Source of the DNA: an uncultured Bacilli bacterium
GTDB lineage: Bacteria > Bacillota_I > Bacilli_A > RF39 > UBA660
Assembly: GCA_947629315.1 (NCBI GenBank)
Contig: CANRDB010000001.1
Coordinates: forward strand, 4,829 to 68,828
Direction: 5' to 3'
DNA: 64,000 nt
Translations under genes and position numbers: made by a program
Part shown: positions 36,709 to 46,496 of the stretch, piece by piece
How the letters are laid out: the number at the start of each line of letters is the position of its first letter
How positions within the stretch are numbered: the stretch's first letter is position 1
Notes under the pieces: model-generated
Seen by the model: only the letters and a program-made list of their open reading frames with translations
Told to the model about the DNA's origin: nothing
Database searches by the model: none

Positions 36709-38907
36709 CTATTTTATTTCAACCGGTTTTGTGTAAGTGATTTCATTAGAGATATCCCTTACTTCAAAAGCAAAATAGTATCCTTTTCCTTTTGGAACAT
36801 TTTGAAGTACTAATTGATAATCACTTGGTGTTGTTTGATAAGATTGAGCAGTAGCCGTACTTTCCCAATCTTTCGCAAAATATCCACTATTATCTAATAA
36901 CCGATACTTATTAGTTTCAAAGGTTAGTTCAGAATAATCCTCTAACTTCAAAATAGTCATTGATGGTAATAATTCTCTATCATCATCTGACTTTCCTACC
37001 ACATTGACAATAGAACCTTTGTTACTACTCGTTTCAATGGTAGCAACTGCTGAATGATTAATAGAATCTTTGACTACGATATTTGCATTATAAACATTCT
37101 TACTTTTCTGTTCCACAAAAATTGGTCTTTTCGTCTTATTCTTTGAATTAGAATACATCATAATCTTACCATCAAAATTAGCTTTCAATTTTCCATTGTT
37201 ATCTAATGTTGTATCATCACTTTGATAGATGAGAGAATAATCATTTCCATTCTTTTGAAAAATCATATAGGAAGCATTCGCAAAACTTTCTTTTTGAGAA
37301 GCACTAAGTTTCATAGAATAATCATTATTCGCTACACTAACAGTATTCTTTGATAAATCCATATTATAAGTAGAATTGGTCTTTCGATATAAATCAAATT
37401 GCTTTAAGAACGCGGTAAAGGTACTATCTTTTCTACTAGGAAGGTTAGAGAGTGCCTCTAAATTTCTATCAATAACTTCCCCACCATTATATGGGAAGAA
37501 AATAGATAATCCTTTTGAATCCTCCTCTAAGGCATAATTATATTTTACTGCCTCTTTAATAGCTGTAAGTACTTTATCGGCTTCAGTAGGCGCTAAAGCT
37601 TGTAACTGAAAGACAAGTGTATATAAATCAACACTATCGAAAGCAGGTTCAGTTGCTCCATACTGGAAGATATTCGCTCTCGTACGAGCAATGGTATAGT
37701 AATCTCGATTGACACTTAATTTATCGGCAAAAGCATCTAATGTCGTTTCAACTTCTTTAATTTTTGATAAATCCAAAATAGAATAAGTCGTTGGAGCATT
37801 CTGATAACGAGCATACATATCAATAGGAGTCGTATTGAGGTGATCAATGAATTTCTTTCCAAATTCATATCCCCTATCAGAAATCTCAATCTCCTCTAAA
37901 AACTTAAACTTATCAATAGTTGCTGCTGCCAAAGATACCTCTTCAGAGGCTACCATATAATTAGCATAATCATCCATGACACTAGCAACTTCTAGTCCTC
38001 CTAATAAACAATTAATAAATAAAACGGAATCTAATTTTTCTTTACTAAATGGACTACCTTTTAAAGCCTCTTCCAATTCTGCTAACGAAATATTGTCGCC
38101 ATAGATTTTATCAGACTCCAACCCTTGAATTCCAGAACCATGATCCCAGAAAATCAAATCATAGTACTCTGCTGGATATTCGGTATAAGTTTGTGTTAAA
38201 AAGGTTTGAAGAGTTTGAGCAGCCCCCATATTTTTGACTTCTTGTTGTTTTACTTTTTGAAAACCACTTGGTGTCAATCGATAAACAGAACTTTCGTCCG
38301 CTGCGATGTAATCATTTTTCCATGTTTTAGATCCACCTGCCATTAAAATAATGTTATTATTCTCTAAATCAATATTTTCTGGTTTAATATAACCCAACTC
38401 ATTACTAGCATATCCACCAGAATGTTCAAGATCAGATCCTACCATATAAATTAAAATCGTACGATTTACTTTCTCTGCTTGTGGTTCAACAGTAGGCTCC
38501 TCTTTATCTTTTTCAGGAGATTGATTCATCCATAGAGCAACTACTACCATAGCAATGGCTGCTACGACTGCCACAACAATAATCACTAACCATAACTTGT
38601 TATTTTTCTTTGGTGGCACTGTATTCTGCGTTGGTATGGCCCCCATATTCGCTACTGGTGGTGTCGGTATCACTGGGGATGGTGTTTGCGGTTGAGCGGG
38701 CGCCACTGAAGGAACTGGGGATGGTGCTACTCCAGGGGCAGTTGGCATAACAGGTGTTCCCGTTGCAACTGGTGCTACTGGAGAAACTGGTTCAATTGGT
38801 GCAACAGGCACAGGTGCCACTGGAGTTGGCGTTTGTGGTTGCGTGGGTGCCATTGGTACTACTGGTGGAGTAGTACTTTCCATATTGGAATTATTATTTT
38901 CATTCAT
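36709..38907 (-). CDS. Membrane-anchored clostripain-like (peptidase C11) protein with a Pro-rich N-terminal tail
   Basis: MNENNNSN, a Pro-rich region and a TM, then RTILIYMVGSDLEHSG, YDLIFWDHGSG (His) and VLFINCLLGGLEVA (Cys), in the C11 order and spacing. Confidence 0.7.
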   Translation of the reverse strand: MNENNNSNMESTTPPVVPMAPTQPQTPTPVAPVPVAPIEPVSPVAPVATGTPVMPTAPGVAPSPVPSVAPAQPQTPSPVIPTPPVANMGAIPTQNTVPPKKNNKLWLVIIVVAVVAAIAMVVVALWMNQSPEKDKEEPTVEPQAEKVNRTILIYMVGSDLEHSGGYASNELGYIKPENIDLENNNIILMAGGSKTWKNDYIAADESSVYRLTPSGFQKVKQQEVKNMGAAQTLQTFLTQTYTEYPAEYYDLIFWDHGSGIQGLESDKIYGDNISLAELEEALKGSPFSKEKLDSVLFINCLLGGLEVASVMDDYANYMVASEEVSLAAATIDKFKFLEEIEISDRGYEFGKKFIDHLNTTPIDMYARYQNAPTTYSILDLSKIKEVETTLDAFADKLSVNRDYYTIARTRANIFQYGATEPAFDSVDLYTLVFQLQALAPTEADKVLTAIKEAVKYNYALEEDSKGLSIFFPYNGGEVIDRNLEALSNLPSRKDSTFTAFLKQFDLYRKTNSTYNMDLSKNTVSVANNDYSMKLSASQKESFANASYMIFQKNGNDYSLIYQSDDTTLDNNGKLKANFDGKIMMYSNSKNKTKRPIFVEQKSKNVYNANIVVKDSINHSAVATIETSSNKGSIVNVVGKSDDDRELLPSMTILKLEDYSELTFETNKYRLLDNSGYFAKDWESTATAQSYQTTPSDYQLVLQNVPKGKGYYFAFEVRDISNEITYTKPVEIK

Positions 38908-38926
38908 TTTTTTTACTCCTTACTTT

Positions 38927-39346
38927 TTATTGGCAAGTATAACCTTGCTCCTCTAAGTTTTTTTGATAATTGTCATAGGTTAGTCGTGAGAGTTGTAAAT
39001 CAGACATTGTTTCCTCACTCATCTTTTCAATATCATAGGTCACAACCATCGAATAACTCTTCCCATCGACTGTTGTTTTAAAAGTTACTCCTTTTTTATC
39101 GCCGTATTGTTGTTGTAACAATTTTTCTGACAGTTTTTGAGAAGACTGGGCCAACTCTTCACTTTCATAGGTTTGCGAATAAGTCGTTCTCACCTTGACC
39201 ATGACATCGTCTTTATAATCAACTTTATATTTTAAAACCGTACCGTCCTTTTCTACTGATTCACATTCCAATGTTTTATTATTTCCACAACCAGTTGTCA
39301 AAATAATAACACTTAAAATGATAAAACAAAGGATTGTCTCTCTCAT
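38927..39346 (-). CDS. Lipoprotein (DUF1307/YehR-like)
   Basis: Likely start MRETILCF after a GGAGG SD, lipobox LTTGC, small beta-rich body. Confidence 0.55.
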   Translation of the reverse strand: MRETILCFIILSVIILTTGCGNNKTLECESVEKDGTVLKYKVDYKDDVMVKVRTTYSQTYESEELAQSSQKLSEKLLQQQYGDKKGVTFKTTVDGKSYSMVVTYDIEKMSEETMSDLQLSRLTYDNYQKNLEEQGYTCQ

Positions 39347-39579
39347 CTTCACGCCTCCTCTATTCTTATTAAGAGTATCATAAATTCCATAAAATATCAA
39401 TTATTCCTATTTCTTTTTTCATTATTTTTCTGCTAAAATTTTCTCATCCTTGAAATCTTATCACTAAAATCTTTGAAAAAGCATTTTGGAAGAATTTTCT
39501 CTTTGAAACTTTCTCGGAATCCAAAATTATTATTGTATTATTACATAAAATATTATAAAATAATCTCGGTGAGAAAAAT

Positions 39580-40512
39580 ATGGAATCAAAAGAAAAAGAA
39601 ATGGAAAAAATCTCTGCAAAAGAAGAAAAAGAAAAAAAGAAACCAAAAAAGAAAAAAAGAAAATGGAAATTAACTAAGCAAGATAAAAAGTTAATTGCTT
39701 TTAGTATTTTACTAATTGGAATTTTTCTTTGCGTTGATTCCTCTATTCATTTATATACTTGGTACAAAGATTCCAAAGAAATTCAAAATCTTACTGAAGA
39801 AATTAACGACAATGTCACCATCGAAGAAGTGAAGGAGGATACTAATACAAACGATAGTAATTCTCAATCTAACGTAGAAGTTATCGAACCAAAAGAAAAA
39901 CCAAAAACCAATAATCCTTATTGGGATTATATCAAAATGTCCCTTATCGATGTTGATTTTTCCAAATTAGAGAAAACTAACTCAGATGTTGTTGGATGGA
40001 TTCAAGTAAACGGAACAAACATCAATTATCCCTTTGTTCAAACAAATGATAACGAATATTATTTGACACATTCTTTTAATAAATCTCGAAATAGTGCGGG
40101 ATGGGTATTCTTAGATTATCGAAACGATATCACTACTTTGGATCAAAATAATATCTTGTATGCTCATGCACGTCTCGATAATACGATGTTTGGTTCTCTT
40201 AAAAATATTCTAAAAAATAACTGGTATAAAAATACCGATAATCATATTATTAAGTTATCTACCAAATATCAAAATACATTGTGGCAAGTCTTTAGTATCT
40301 ACCATATTCCTACTACAAATGATTACTTAACAATCGATTTTAGTAGTGAAGAAGAATTCAAAAAATTTGCGAGCATGCTTCAAAAACGAAGTAAATATAA
40401 GTTCGATACGACAGTTAGTGGAACTGATAAAATCTTAACATTATCCACTTGTTACAGTAATAATGAAAAATTAGTCATTCATGCCAAACTTATTAAAATT
40501 CAAAATAAATAA
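39580..40512 (+). CDS. srtB: Class B sortase with a Lys-rich N-terminal extension
   Basis: NSDVVGWIQVNGTNINYPFVQTNDNEYYLTH, ILYAHA (His) and TLSTC (catalytic Cys), the SrtB signature order. Confidence 0.8.
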   Translation: MESKEKEMEKISAKEEKEKKKPKKKKRKWKLTKQDKKLIAFSILLIGIFLCVDSSIHLYTWYKDSKEIQNLTEEINDNVTIEEVKEDTNTNDSNSQSNVEVIEPKEKPKTNNPYWDYIKMSLIDVDFSKLEKTNSDVVGWIQVNGTNINYPFVQTNDNEYYLTHSFNKSRNSAGWVFLDYRNDITTLDQNNILYAHARLDNTMFGSLKNILKNNWYKNTDNHIIKLSTKYQNTLWQVFSIYHIPTTNDYLTIDFSSEEEFKKFASMLQKRSKYKFDTTVSGTDKILTLSTCYSNNEKLVIHAKLIKIQNK

Positions 40513-40543
40513 AAGGTATTCCCAATAAAATGGAATACCTTTT

Positions 40544-41194
40544 TTAATCGGTTAACCAAACACAATAGAGGGTTTCTTGTACTTTAATATCCTCTGGTGT
40601 AAAAGTATTAGCAATTTGTTGAAAAGCAGAATCGACAGAACCCATTTTAACGTTTCTTTCCATCTTCATAGGAGATAGACAAAGATCCGTCGTAGGCTGA
40701 AAGTCTACTTTTCGACAATCCTTTAATTGTTTTTGAGATGCTTCGGCAATCGCTAAAGCTTGTTCATAAGCATCCTGATAAGCCTTTTTCAAAACTTGTT
40801 TTTTTACTTTTTTTTCTTCCTTCACTCCAAAATGAACTTGATAAGCAGGAGGAGTCTCTAGTTTTGAGATTTCTTCCATCAACCGCGCTAAAAGTTCTTT
40901 ATCATAATCAAACTTTAAAAGAGCATACTGATTATACTGATAGCCATGTTTTTCATAACTTCTCGTCTGTTCATTATATTTTTGATCTTCCCGAATAACA
41001 AAACTACTAGTTTTTAAATCTTCCACAGTAAATTGATGAGGGAGGAGAATCTCTTTTACAAAAGTATCTACACTCTCTACCCCTTTTCGTAATACATCCT
41101 CATAACGATTATCAGTTGCGACAAACGTTAACGCTAAACGAACTTCATTTGGTTTTACAAACGAACTTCCTGTTCCTTGTACATAAATTTCCAT
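40544..41194 (-). CDS. SIMPL/DUF541 family protein
   Basis: The length and motifs (NEVRLALTFVA..., AYQDAYEQALAIAEASQ) are typical of the SIMPL family. Confidence 0.55.
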   Translation of the reverse strand: MEIYVQGTGSSFVKPNEVRLALTFVATDNRYEDVLRKGVESVDTFVKEILLPHQFTVEDLKTSSFVIREDQKYNEQTRSYEKHGYQYNQYALLKFDYDKELLARLMEEISKLETPPAYQVHFGVKEEKKVKKQVLKKAYQDAYEQALAIAEASQKQLKDCRKVDFQPTTDLCLSPMKMERNVKMGSVDSAFQQIANTFTPEDIKVQETLYCVWLTD

Positions 41195-41206
41195 ATCTAT
41201 CGCTCC

Positions 41207-42493
41207 TTATTTCTTTGGTATAATAACTTCTTTACCACCCATATATGGTTGTAACACTTTTGGAATCTTCACACTTCCATCGGCTTGATAATTATTCTCT
41301 AACAAAGCAATTAAGGCTCTAGTAGAAGCTAATACCGTATTATTGAGAGTATGTAAATAATAGTTTCCTTTTTCACTCTTCGCACGAATACCTAATCTTC
41401 TTGCTTGAGCATCTGTTAAATTAGAGCAAGAACCAACTTCAAAGAACTTCTGTTGGCGAGGACTCCATGCTTCAATATCACATGATTTATATTTTAAATC
41501 CGCTAAATCCCCACTACAACATTCTAATTGTCTAACAGGAATATCTAAACTTCTAAATAATTCCACAGTAAATTGCCACATTTTTTCATACCATTCTTCA
41601 GAATCTTCTGGTTCACAGATGACAATCATTTCCTGCTTCTCAAATTGATGAACACGATAAATTCCTCTTTCTTCAATACCATGTGCTCCCACCTCTTTAC
41701 GGAAACAAGGAGAATAAGATGTCATCGTAATTGGTAAAGTTTCTTTCTTAATAATTTGATCTTTAAATTTACCAATCATAGAGTGTTCAGAAGTTCCAAT
41801 TAAATATAAATCTTCCCCTTCTATTTTGTACATCATAGCATCCATTTCCGCAAAAGACATCACTCCTGTTACGACATCACTTCTAATCATGAATGGTGGA
41901 ATGCAATACGTAAATCCTTTCTCAATCATAAAGTCACGAGCATAGGCAAGCATCGCACTAGATAGTCTAGCAGCATCTCCCATCAAATAATAAAAGCCAT
42001 TTCCAGAGGTTCTACTACTAGCTTCCTTATCTAATCCATTAAAACTTTCCAAAATATCCGCATGATAAGGAATCTCATAATCAGGAACAATCGCCTCTCC
42101 AAAACGTTTTAATTCCACATTTTCTGAATCGTCTTTACCGACAGGAACATCATCTGCAATGATATTAGGAATCACCATCATCTTCTCTTTAATCATTTGA
42201 CTTAATTCTTCTTCCCTAGATGTTAAAGTACTAATTTCAGATGACATTTCCGTAACTTTCTCCTTAATCGTCATCGCTTCTTCTTTTTTACCCTCCCTCA
42301 TAAGGGCGCCAATTTGGTCACTGAAACGATTCTTTTCAGCTCGTGCTTCATCCATCTTTTGTTTCGTCTCACGATATTCTTTATCCAAATCGTAAATTTC
42401 ATCGACAAGTCCCAATTTTTGCTCTTGAAACTTCTTGCGAATATTCTCTTTGACTAATTCTTTATTTTCTCTAATCAATTTAATATCTATCAT
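41207..42493 (-). CDS. serS: Seryl-tRNA synthetase
   Basis: MIDIKLIRENKELVKENI, a coiled-coil arm, and class II motifs (FRKEVGAHG..., HTLNNT). Start at 42493 after an AAAGGTGA SD. The ORF track extends it artificially to 42580. Confidence 0.9.
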   Translation of the reverse strand: MIDIKLIRENKELVKENIRKKFQEQKLGLVDEIYDLDKEYRETKQKMDEARAEKNRFSDQIGALMREGKKEEAMTIKEKVTEMSSEISTLTSREEELSQMIKEKMMVIPNIIADDVPVGKDDSENVELKRFGEAIVPDYEIPYHADILESFNGLDKEASSRTSGNGFYYLMGDAARLSSAMLAYARDFMIEKGFTYCIPPFMIRSDVVTGVMSFAEMDAMMYKIEGEDLYLIGTSEHSMIGKFKDQIIKKETLPITMTSYSPCFRKEVGAHGIEERGIYRVHQFEKQEMIVICEPEDSEEWYEKMWQFTVELFRSLDIPVRQLECCSGDLADLKYKSCDIEAWSPRQQKFFEVGSCSNLTDAQARRLGIRAKSEKGNYYLHTLNNTVLASTRALIALLENNYQADGSVKIPKVLQPYMGGKEVIIPKK

Positions 42494-42547
42494 ATTATCA
42501 CCTTTCTTTACTATCATGAAATGATTATAAAATGAGAACTTAAAACT

Positions 42548-42743
42548 AAAAAAGACCAAAGGTATAGGAGTGCATAACACGGTACCATCCTACTTTGGTC
42601 TTAATTTCTTGATAACGGATTTATCCGAAAATGTTTACATTTCTCTCAGAAGTAGATTCATAATCCTCTGATGATTCCCTCACACCAACTGGGAACTCTC
42701 TTCGCATCATCCTATTATTACTAGTCTTCGTCCTCGATTTCTA
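42548..42743 (-). promoter_or_regulatory. T-box leader (tRNA-sensing riboswitch) of serS
   Basis: The minus strand shows AGAGAGT, a distal CCAGTTGGTG, UCU triplets in the stem I 3' side, the T-box sequence AAAGTAGGATGGTACCGTG, and the terminator AAGACCAAAGG...CCTTTGGTCTTTTTT. Confidence 0.75.
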
Positions 42744-42749
42744 GAGTTT

Positions 42750-42778
42750 ATTTTATCACGAAAGAATTTCCTTGTCAA
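42750..42778 (-). promoter_or_regulatory. Sigma-A-type promoter of the serS leader
   Basis: TTGACA, a 17-nt spacer, then TAAAAT on the minus strand. Confidence 0.6.
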
Positions 42779-42819
42779 CAAAAGGCTCGCCCTATTTACC
42801 TTTGAAAGGGATTTCTTTT

Positions 42820-43704
42820 TTATTCACTTTCTTCCGGTTCAATATGAATTTGAATATATTGAATCGAATGACTAAATTTCTTAATCTTGGTTTCTAAAAT
42901 GTCAGCGATATCATGCGATTTTCTAAGGGAGGTATTTCCTTTCATCGTAATGATAAGATTCAAAGTAGATACCGAACCATAACGCATCAAAATGACATCT
43001 TTCACGTTGACAACACCATGTTGTTTCGCAATCAATTGTCTTAATCGATTTAAATAATCTTCATTCGTTTCTCTTTGCCCGAGAAGAGTACTGATATTTT
43101 CTCTCATAATACCAATTCCTACCCCGAAAATAAAGAGTCCAATGAGAATGGCTGCTGCTTTTTCAGCATAGAGGAGAATAGGAAATTGATCACTAAATTG
43201 AATTAGGATAGAAGAAAATAATACGACAATCGAACTAACGACATCTGTCCTACTCTCTTTTCCACTAGATAATAAGATAGCATTTTTATATTGCTTTCCC
43301 TTACGAATAATGTAACTAGATAAAAAATATTTAGCAAAGATTGTAAGCAAGGAAACTACAATCACTATCGCACTGGATACCTGTGCTTTACTAAGGAGAG
43401 AATTATAAATCACTCCAACACCCACACCAAGAATCATGACACTAATCCCTAAACTTGTTAGATATTCTGCGTTTCCATGGCCAAAAGGATGTTCCAAATC
43501 CGCCGGTTTTTGAGAAATATGACTACCAATAATTGCAAAAAAATCTGTCACTAAATCACTAAAAGAGTGAATTCCATCAGCAATTAAAGCCGTAGAGGTA
43601 AAGACAATTCCCGATACAATTTTAGAAATCGCTAAAAGAATATTGGTAACAACACTAACCGTCATTACCCTACTCACTTTATGCTCTTTTGTTTTCATTT
43701 CCAT
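42820..43704 (-). CDS. Cation diffusion facilitator family transporter
   Basis: Six TM helices with ADGIHSFSDLV and HPFGHG motifs, plus a C-terminal cytoplasmic domain. Confidence 0.8.
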   Translation of the reverse strand: MEMKTKEHKVSRVMTVSVVTNILLAISKIVSGIVFTSTALIADGIHSFSDLVTDFFAIIGSHISQKPADLEHPFGHGNAEYLTSLGISVMILGVGVGVIYNSLLSKAQVSSAIVIVVSLLTIFAKYFLSSYIIRKGKQYKNAILLSSGKESRTDVVSSIVVLFSSILIQFSDQFPILLYAEKAAAILIGLFIFGVGIGIMRENISTLLGQRETNEDYLNRLRQLIAKQHGVVNVKDVILMRYGSVSTLNLIITMKGNTSLRKSHDIADILETKIKKFSHSIQYIQIHIEPEESE

Positions 43705-43711
43705 AAGTCAC

Positions 43712-46291
43712 CTATTTTGCTTGATACCAATCGCTACCGTACTCGACATCCACTTTTAAAGGTACTTCTAATTCCATTACCTGTTCCATACAATCGACTA
43801 CAATTTGTTTTACTTTTTCAAATTCACTTTCTAGGCAATCGAAAACGAGTTCGTCGTGAACTTGAACAATCATCTTAGACTGAATATGTTCTCTTCGAAA
43901 AGCAGCATCAATATCAATCATTGCTTTTTTGATAATATCCGCACTCGTTCCCTGAATAGGAGTATTTAGAGCCATCCGCTCTGCTCCCTGTCGAATCATA
44001 TAATTTTTATTCTCTAATTCTGGAATCGTTCTTTTACGGTGAAACATCGTTCGCACATAGCCATTCTGATGAGCAGACTGAATTGTCTCATCCATATAGG
44101 TTTGAACACCTGGATAAGTACCCATATAGTTATCGATAAAGTTTTGAGCCTCTTTAGGAGTTACTCCAATATTTTCCGATAATCCATAACTACTAATTCC
44201 ATAGATGATTCCAAAATTCACTGCTTTAGCGACTCTTCGCATATCTTTTGTAACTTCCTGTTCCCCTACTTTAAAAATATCACTAGCCGTCTTACTATGA
44301 ATGTCTGCTCCTTCTTGGAAAGCTTGAATCAATTGTGGAATATGCGCTACATGGGCCAAGATACGAAGTTCAATCTGCGAATAATCACTACTTACAATAA
44401 GAGAATTAGGACTAGGCACAAAAGCCTTACGAATGAGTTTTCCATATTCATGACGAATCGGTATGTTTTGAAGATTTGGTTCAATGGAAGAAAGTCTTCC
44501 AGTACGAGTTAACGTCTGCGTATAAATCGTATGGATTTTTCCATCGTCCATAATCATGTCGATTAATCCTTCAATGTAAGTGGTATACAATTTTGTCAGC
44601 ATGCGATATTCTAAAATTTCTGGAATAATAGGATGTTTATCCTTTAATTTTTCGAGAACATCAGCAGCGGTTGAATATCCATTTTTTCCTTTCTTTCCAT
44701 GTGGAAGATTCAGTTTTTCAAACAATACTTCCCCTAATTGTACAGGAGAGGAGATGTTAAATTCTTCACCAGCATAGTTATAAATCGTATTTTTAGTAAG
44801 ATCGATTTTAATTTGAATTTCTTCTCCCATCTCTTGTAATGTTTTTTTATTCACACAGATACCATTATATTCCATAGTTGCTAAAACGTTTGATAAAGGC
44901 ATCTCGATTTCATAAAATAAATTTAATAATTCTTCTTGTTTCAAAGCTTCTAACAATTGCTTTTTTGTCTCATAAATAAATTTCGCTTTCGCAATACAAG
45001 CCCGTTCTATCTTTTCTTCTTCATACCCTTTTTTCTTATCGTAAAGTTCTTCTTTAAAGGGAATAGAATACCCTAGTTCATTTGCTAGATAAGCAATATC
45101 TTCCTTTTGATTATATTCCAAAAGATAAGAAGCAATCATCGTATCATATTCTACTTGATCAATATCAATACCATGCCACTTTAAGGCAACCGTTACTCTT
45201 TTCGCATCATAAGTATCTTTTTTTGCTTTCGTTAAAAAGAGAGGCTTTTCTTTCAAGATAGAATAAGGAACAAAATACCCTTTCTTTCCATCATAAACTC
45301 CCATACCAAGAAGATCAGTATGGTGATAATTGGAGTCCGTAGTCCCTAGATAAATCGCACACTCTGTAATGGTATCTAAGATACTTCCATCTGTCACTAC
45401 CTCATAAGAAATATCCTCTTGAATAGTTTTTGGCTCTCTTTTTTTCAAGAACGAATAAAACTCTAAATCCTCATATAAAGCATTCAATTTCTCAGTATCC
45501 TCTGGACGATAGAGAATATCATCCATATGAATTTCTAAAGGAACATTCCTTTCAATGGTAGCAATTTCATAACTCATGTATGCATCTTCTTTACCAGCCA
45601 CCAATTTATCATGCGTAGCTCCTTTCATTTCATCAATATGTTGATAGAGATTATCCAAAGTACCATACTCCACTAATAATTTTAGAGCAGTCTTCTCACC
45701 AATTCCTTTTACTCCCGGAATATTGTCAGAAGCATCTCCCATCAATGCTTTTAAATCAATCATACGAATGGGTTCAATGCCATACGCTTCTTGAAAGGTC
45801 TTTGGATTATAACGAATATAATCCTTTTGTTTTAACAATTTAATATCGACTTGATTCGATAACAATTGTAGTAAGTCTTTGTCACTACTAATGATTGTTC
45901 CTACATAATTGGGATCCTCATCACAAATACGTGCGAATGTTCCTATAATATCATCTGCTTCATAGTTATCTATTTCATAATACTGAATTCCCATATATCC
46001 AAGCATTTCTTTGGCAATGGGAAATTGTACTTTCAATTCTTCAGGAGTTTCTATTCTCCCTCCTTTATAGAAATCGTACTTAGCATGTCGAAAGGTTTTC
46101 CCTTTATCAAACGCAACAAGAATTCTAGTTGGCTGTTCTTCCTCAATAATCTTATTCATCATATTGGTAAAACCAAATAAGGCATTCGTTGGAAATCCCT
46201 TACTATTCTTCATAAAATTTCCATTATAAGCCGTCGCATAGTAACTTCTAAATAACAAGTTATTTCCGTCTACTAATATAATTTTCTCCAC
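43712..46291 (-). CDS. polA: DNA polymerase I
   Basis: 5'-nuclease N-terminus (ILVDGNNLLFRSYYA), and polymerase motifs DYSQIELRILAH, RRVAKAVNFGIIYG and QVHDELV. Confidence 0.95.
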   Translation of the reverse strand: MEKIILVDGNNLLFRSYYATAYNGNFMKNSKGFPTNALFGFTNMMNKIIEEEQPTRILVAFDKGKTFRHAKYDFYKGGRIETPEELKVQFPIAKEMLGYMGIQYYEIDNYEADDIIGTFARICDEDPNYVGTIISSDKDLLQLLSNQVDIKLLKQKDYIRYNPKTFQEAYGIEPIRMIDLKALMGDASDNIPGVKGIGEKTALKLLVEYGTLDNLYQHIDEMKGATHDKLVAGKEDAYMSYEIATIERNVPLEIHMDDILYRPEDTEKLNALYEDLEFYSFLKKREPKTIQEDISYEVVTDGSILDTITECAIYLGTTDSNYHHTDLLGMGVYDGKKGYFVPYSILKEKPLFLTKAKKDTYDAKRVTVALKWHGIDIDQVEYDTMIASYLLEYNQKEDIAYLANELGYSIPFKEELYDKKKGYEEEKIERACIAKAKFIYETKKQLLEALKQEELLNLFYEIEMPLSNVLATMEYNGICVNKKTLQEMGEEIQIKIDLTKNTIYNYAGEEFNISSPVQLGEVLFEKLNLPHGKKGKNGYSTAADVLEKLKDKHPIIPEILEYRMLTKLYTTYIEGLIDMIMDDGKIHTIYTQTLTRTGRLSSIEPNLQNIPIRHEYGKLIRKAFVPSPNSLIVSSDYSQIELRILAHVAHIPQLIQAFQEGADIHSKTASDIFKVGEQEVTKDMRRVAKAVNFGIIYGISSYGLSENIGVTPKEAQNFIDNYMGTYPGVQTYMDETIQSAHQNGYVRTMFHRKRTIPELENKNYMIRQGAERMALNTPIQGTSADIIKKAMIDIDAAFRREHIQSKMIVQVHDELVFDCLESEFEKVKQIVVDCMEQVMELEVPLKVDVEYGSDWYQAK

Positions 46292-46496
46292 TATATATTC
46301 ACCTTCTTATGTCCTATTATACCATAAATGATGAATTCCTACTTATCTATTTGGCAATAAGACTAAAAGTCATTATTTTACAAAAAAAAGTAGCGCTTTC
46401 CCTATCGGATATGTCTACTCTTTTGGTTTTTCTAAACTTTCTACTAACTATTTATAAATTCATTCTACCATTTTTATGATTAACAATAAAATTTTT

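Noticed and set aside
39473-39673. 66-aa Lys-rich ORF overlapping the sortase start
   Set aside because: It is an alternative frame of an A-rich stretch. The sortase frame has the SD and continues into a recognisable catalytic domain.
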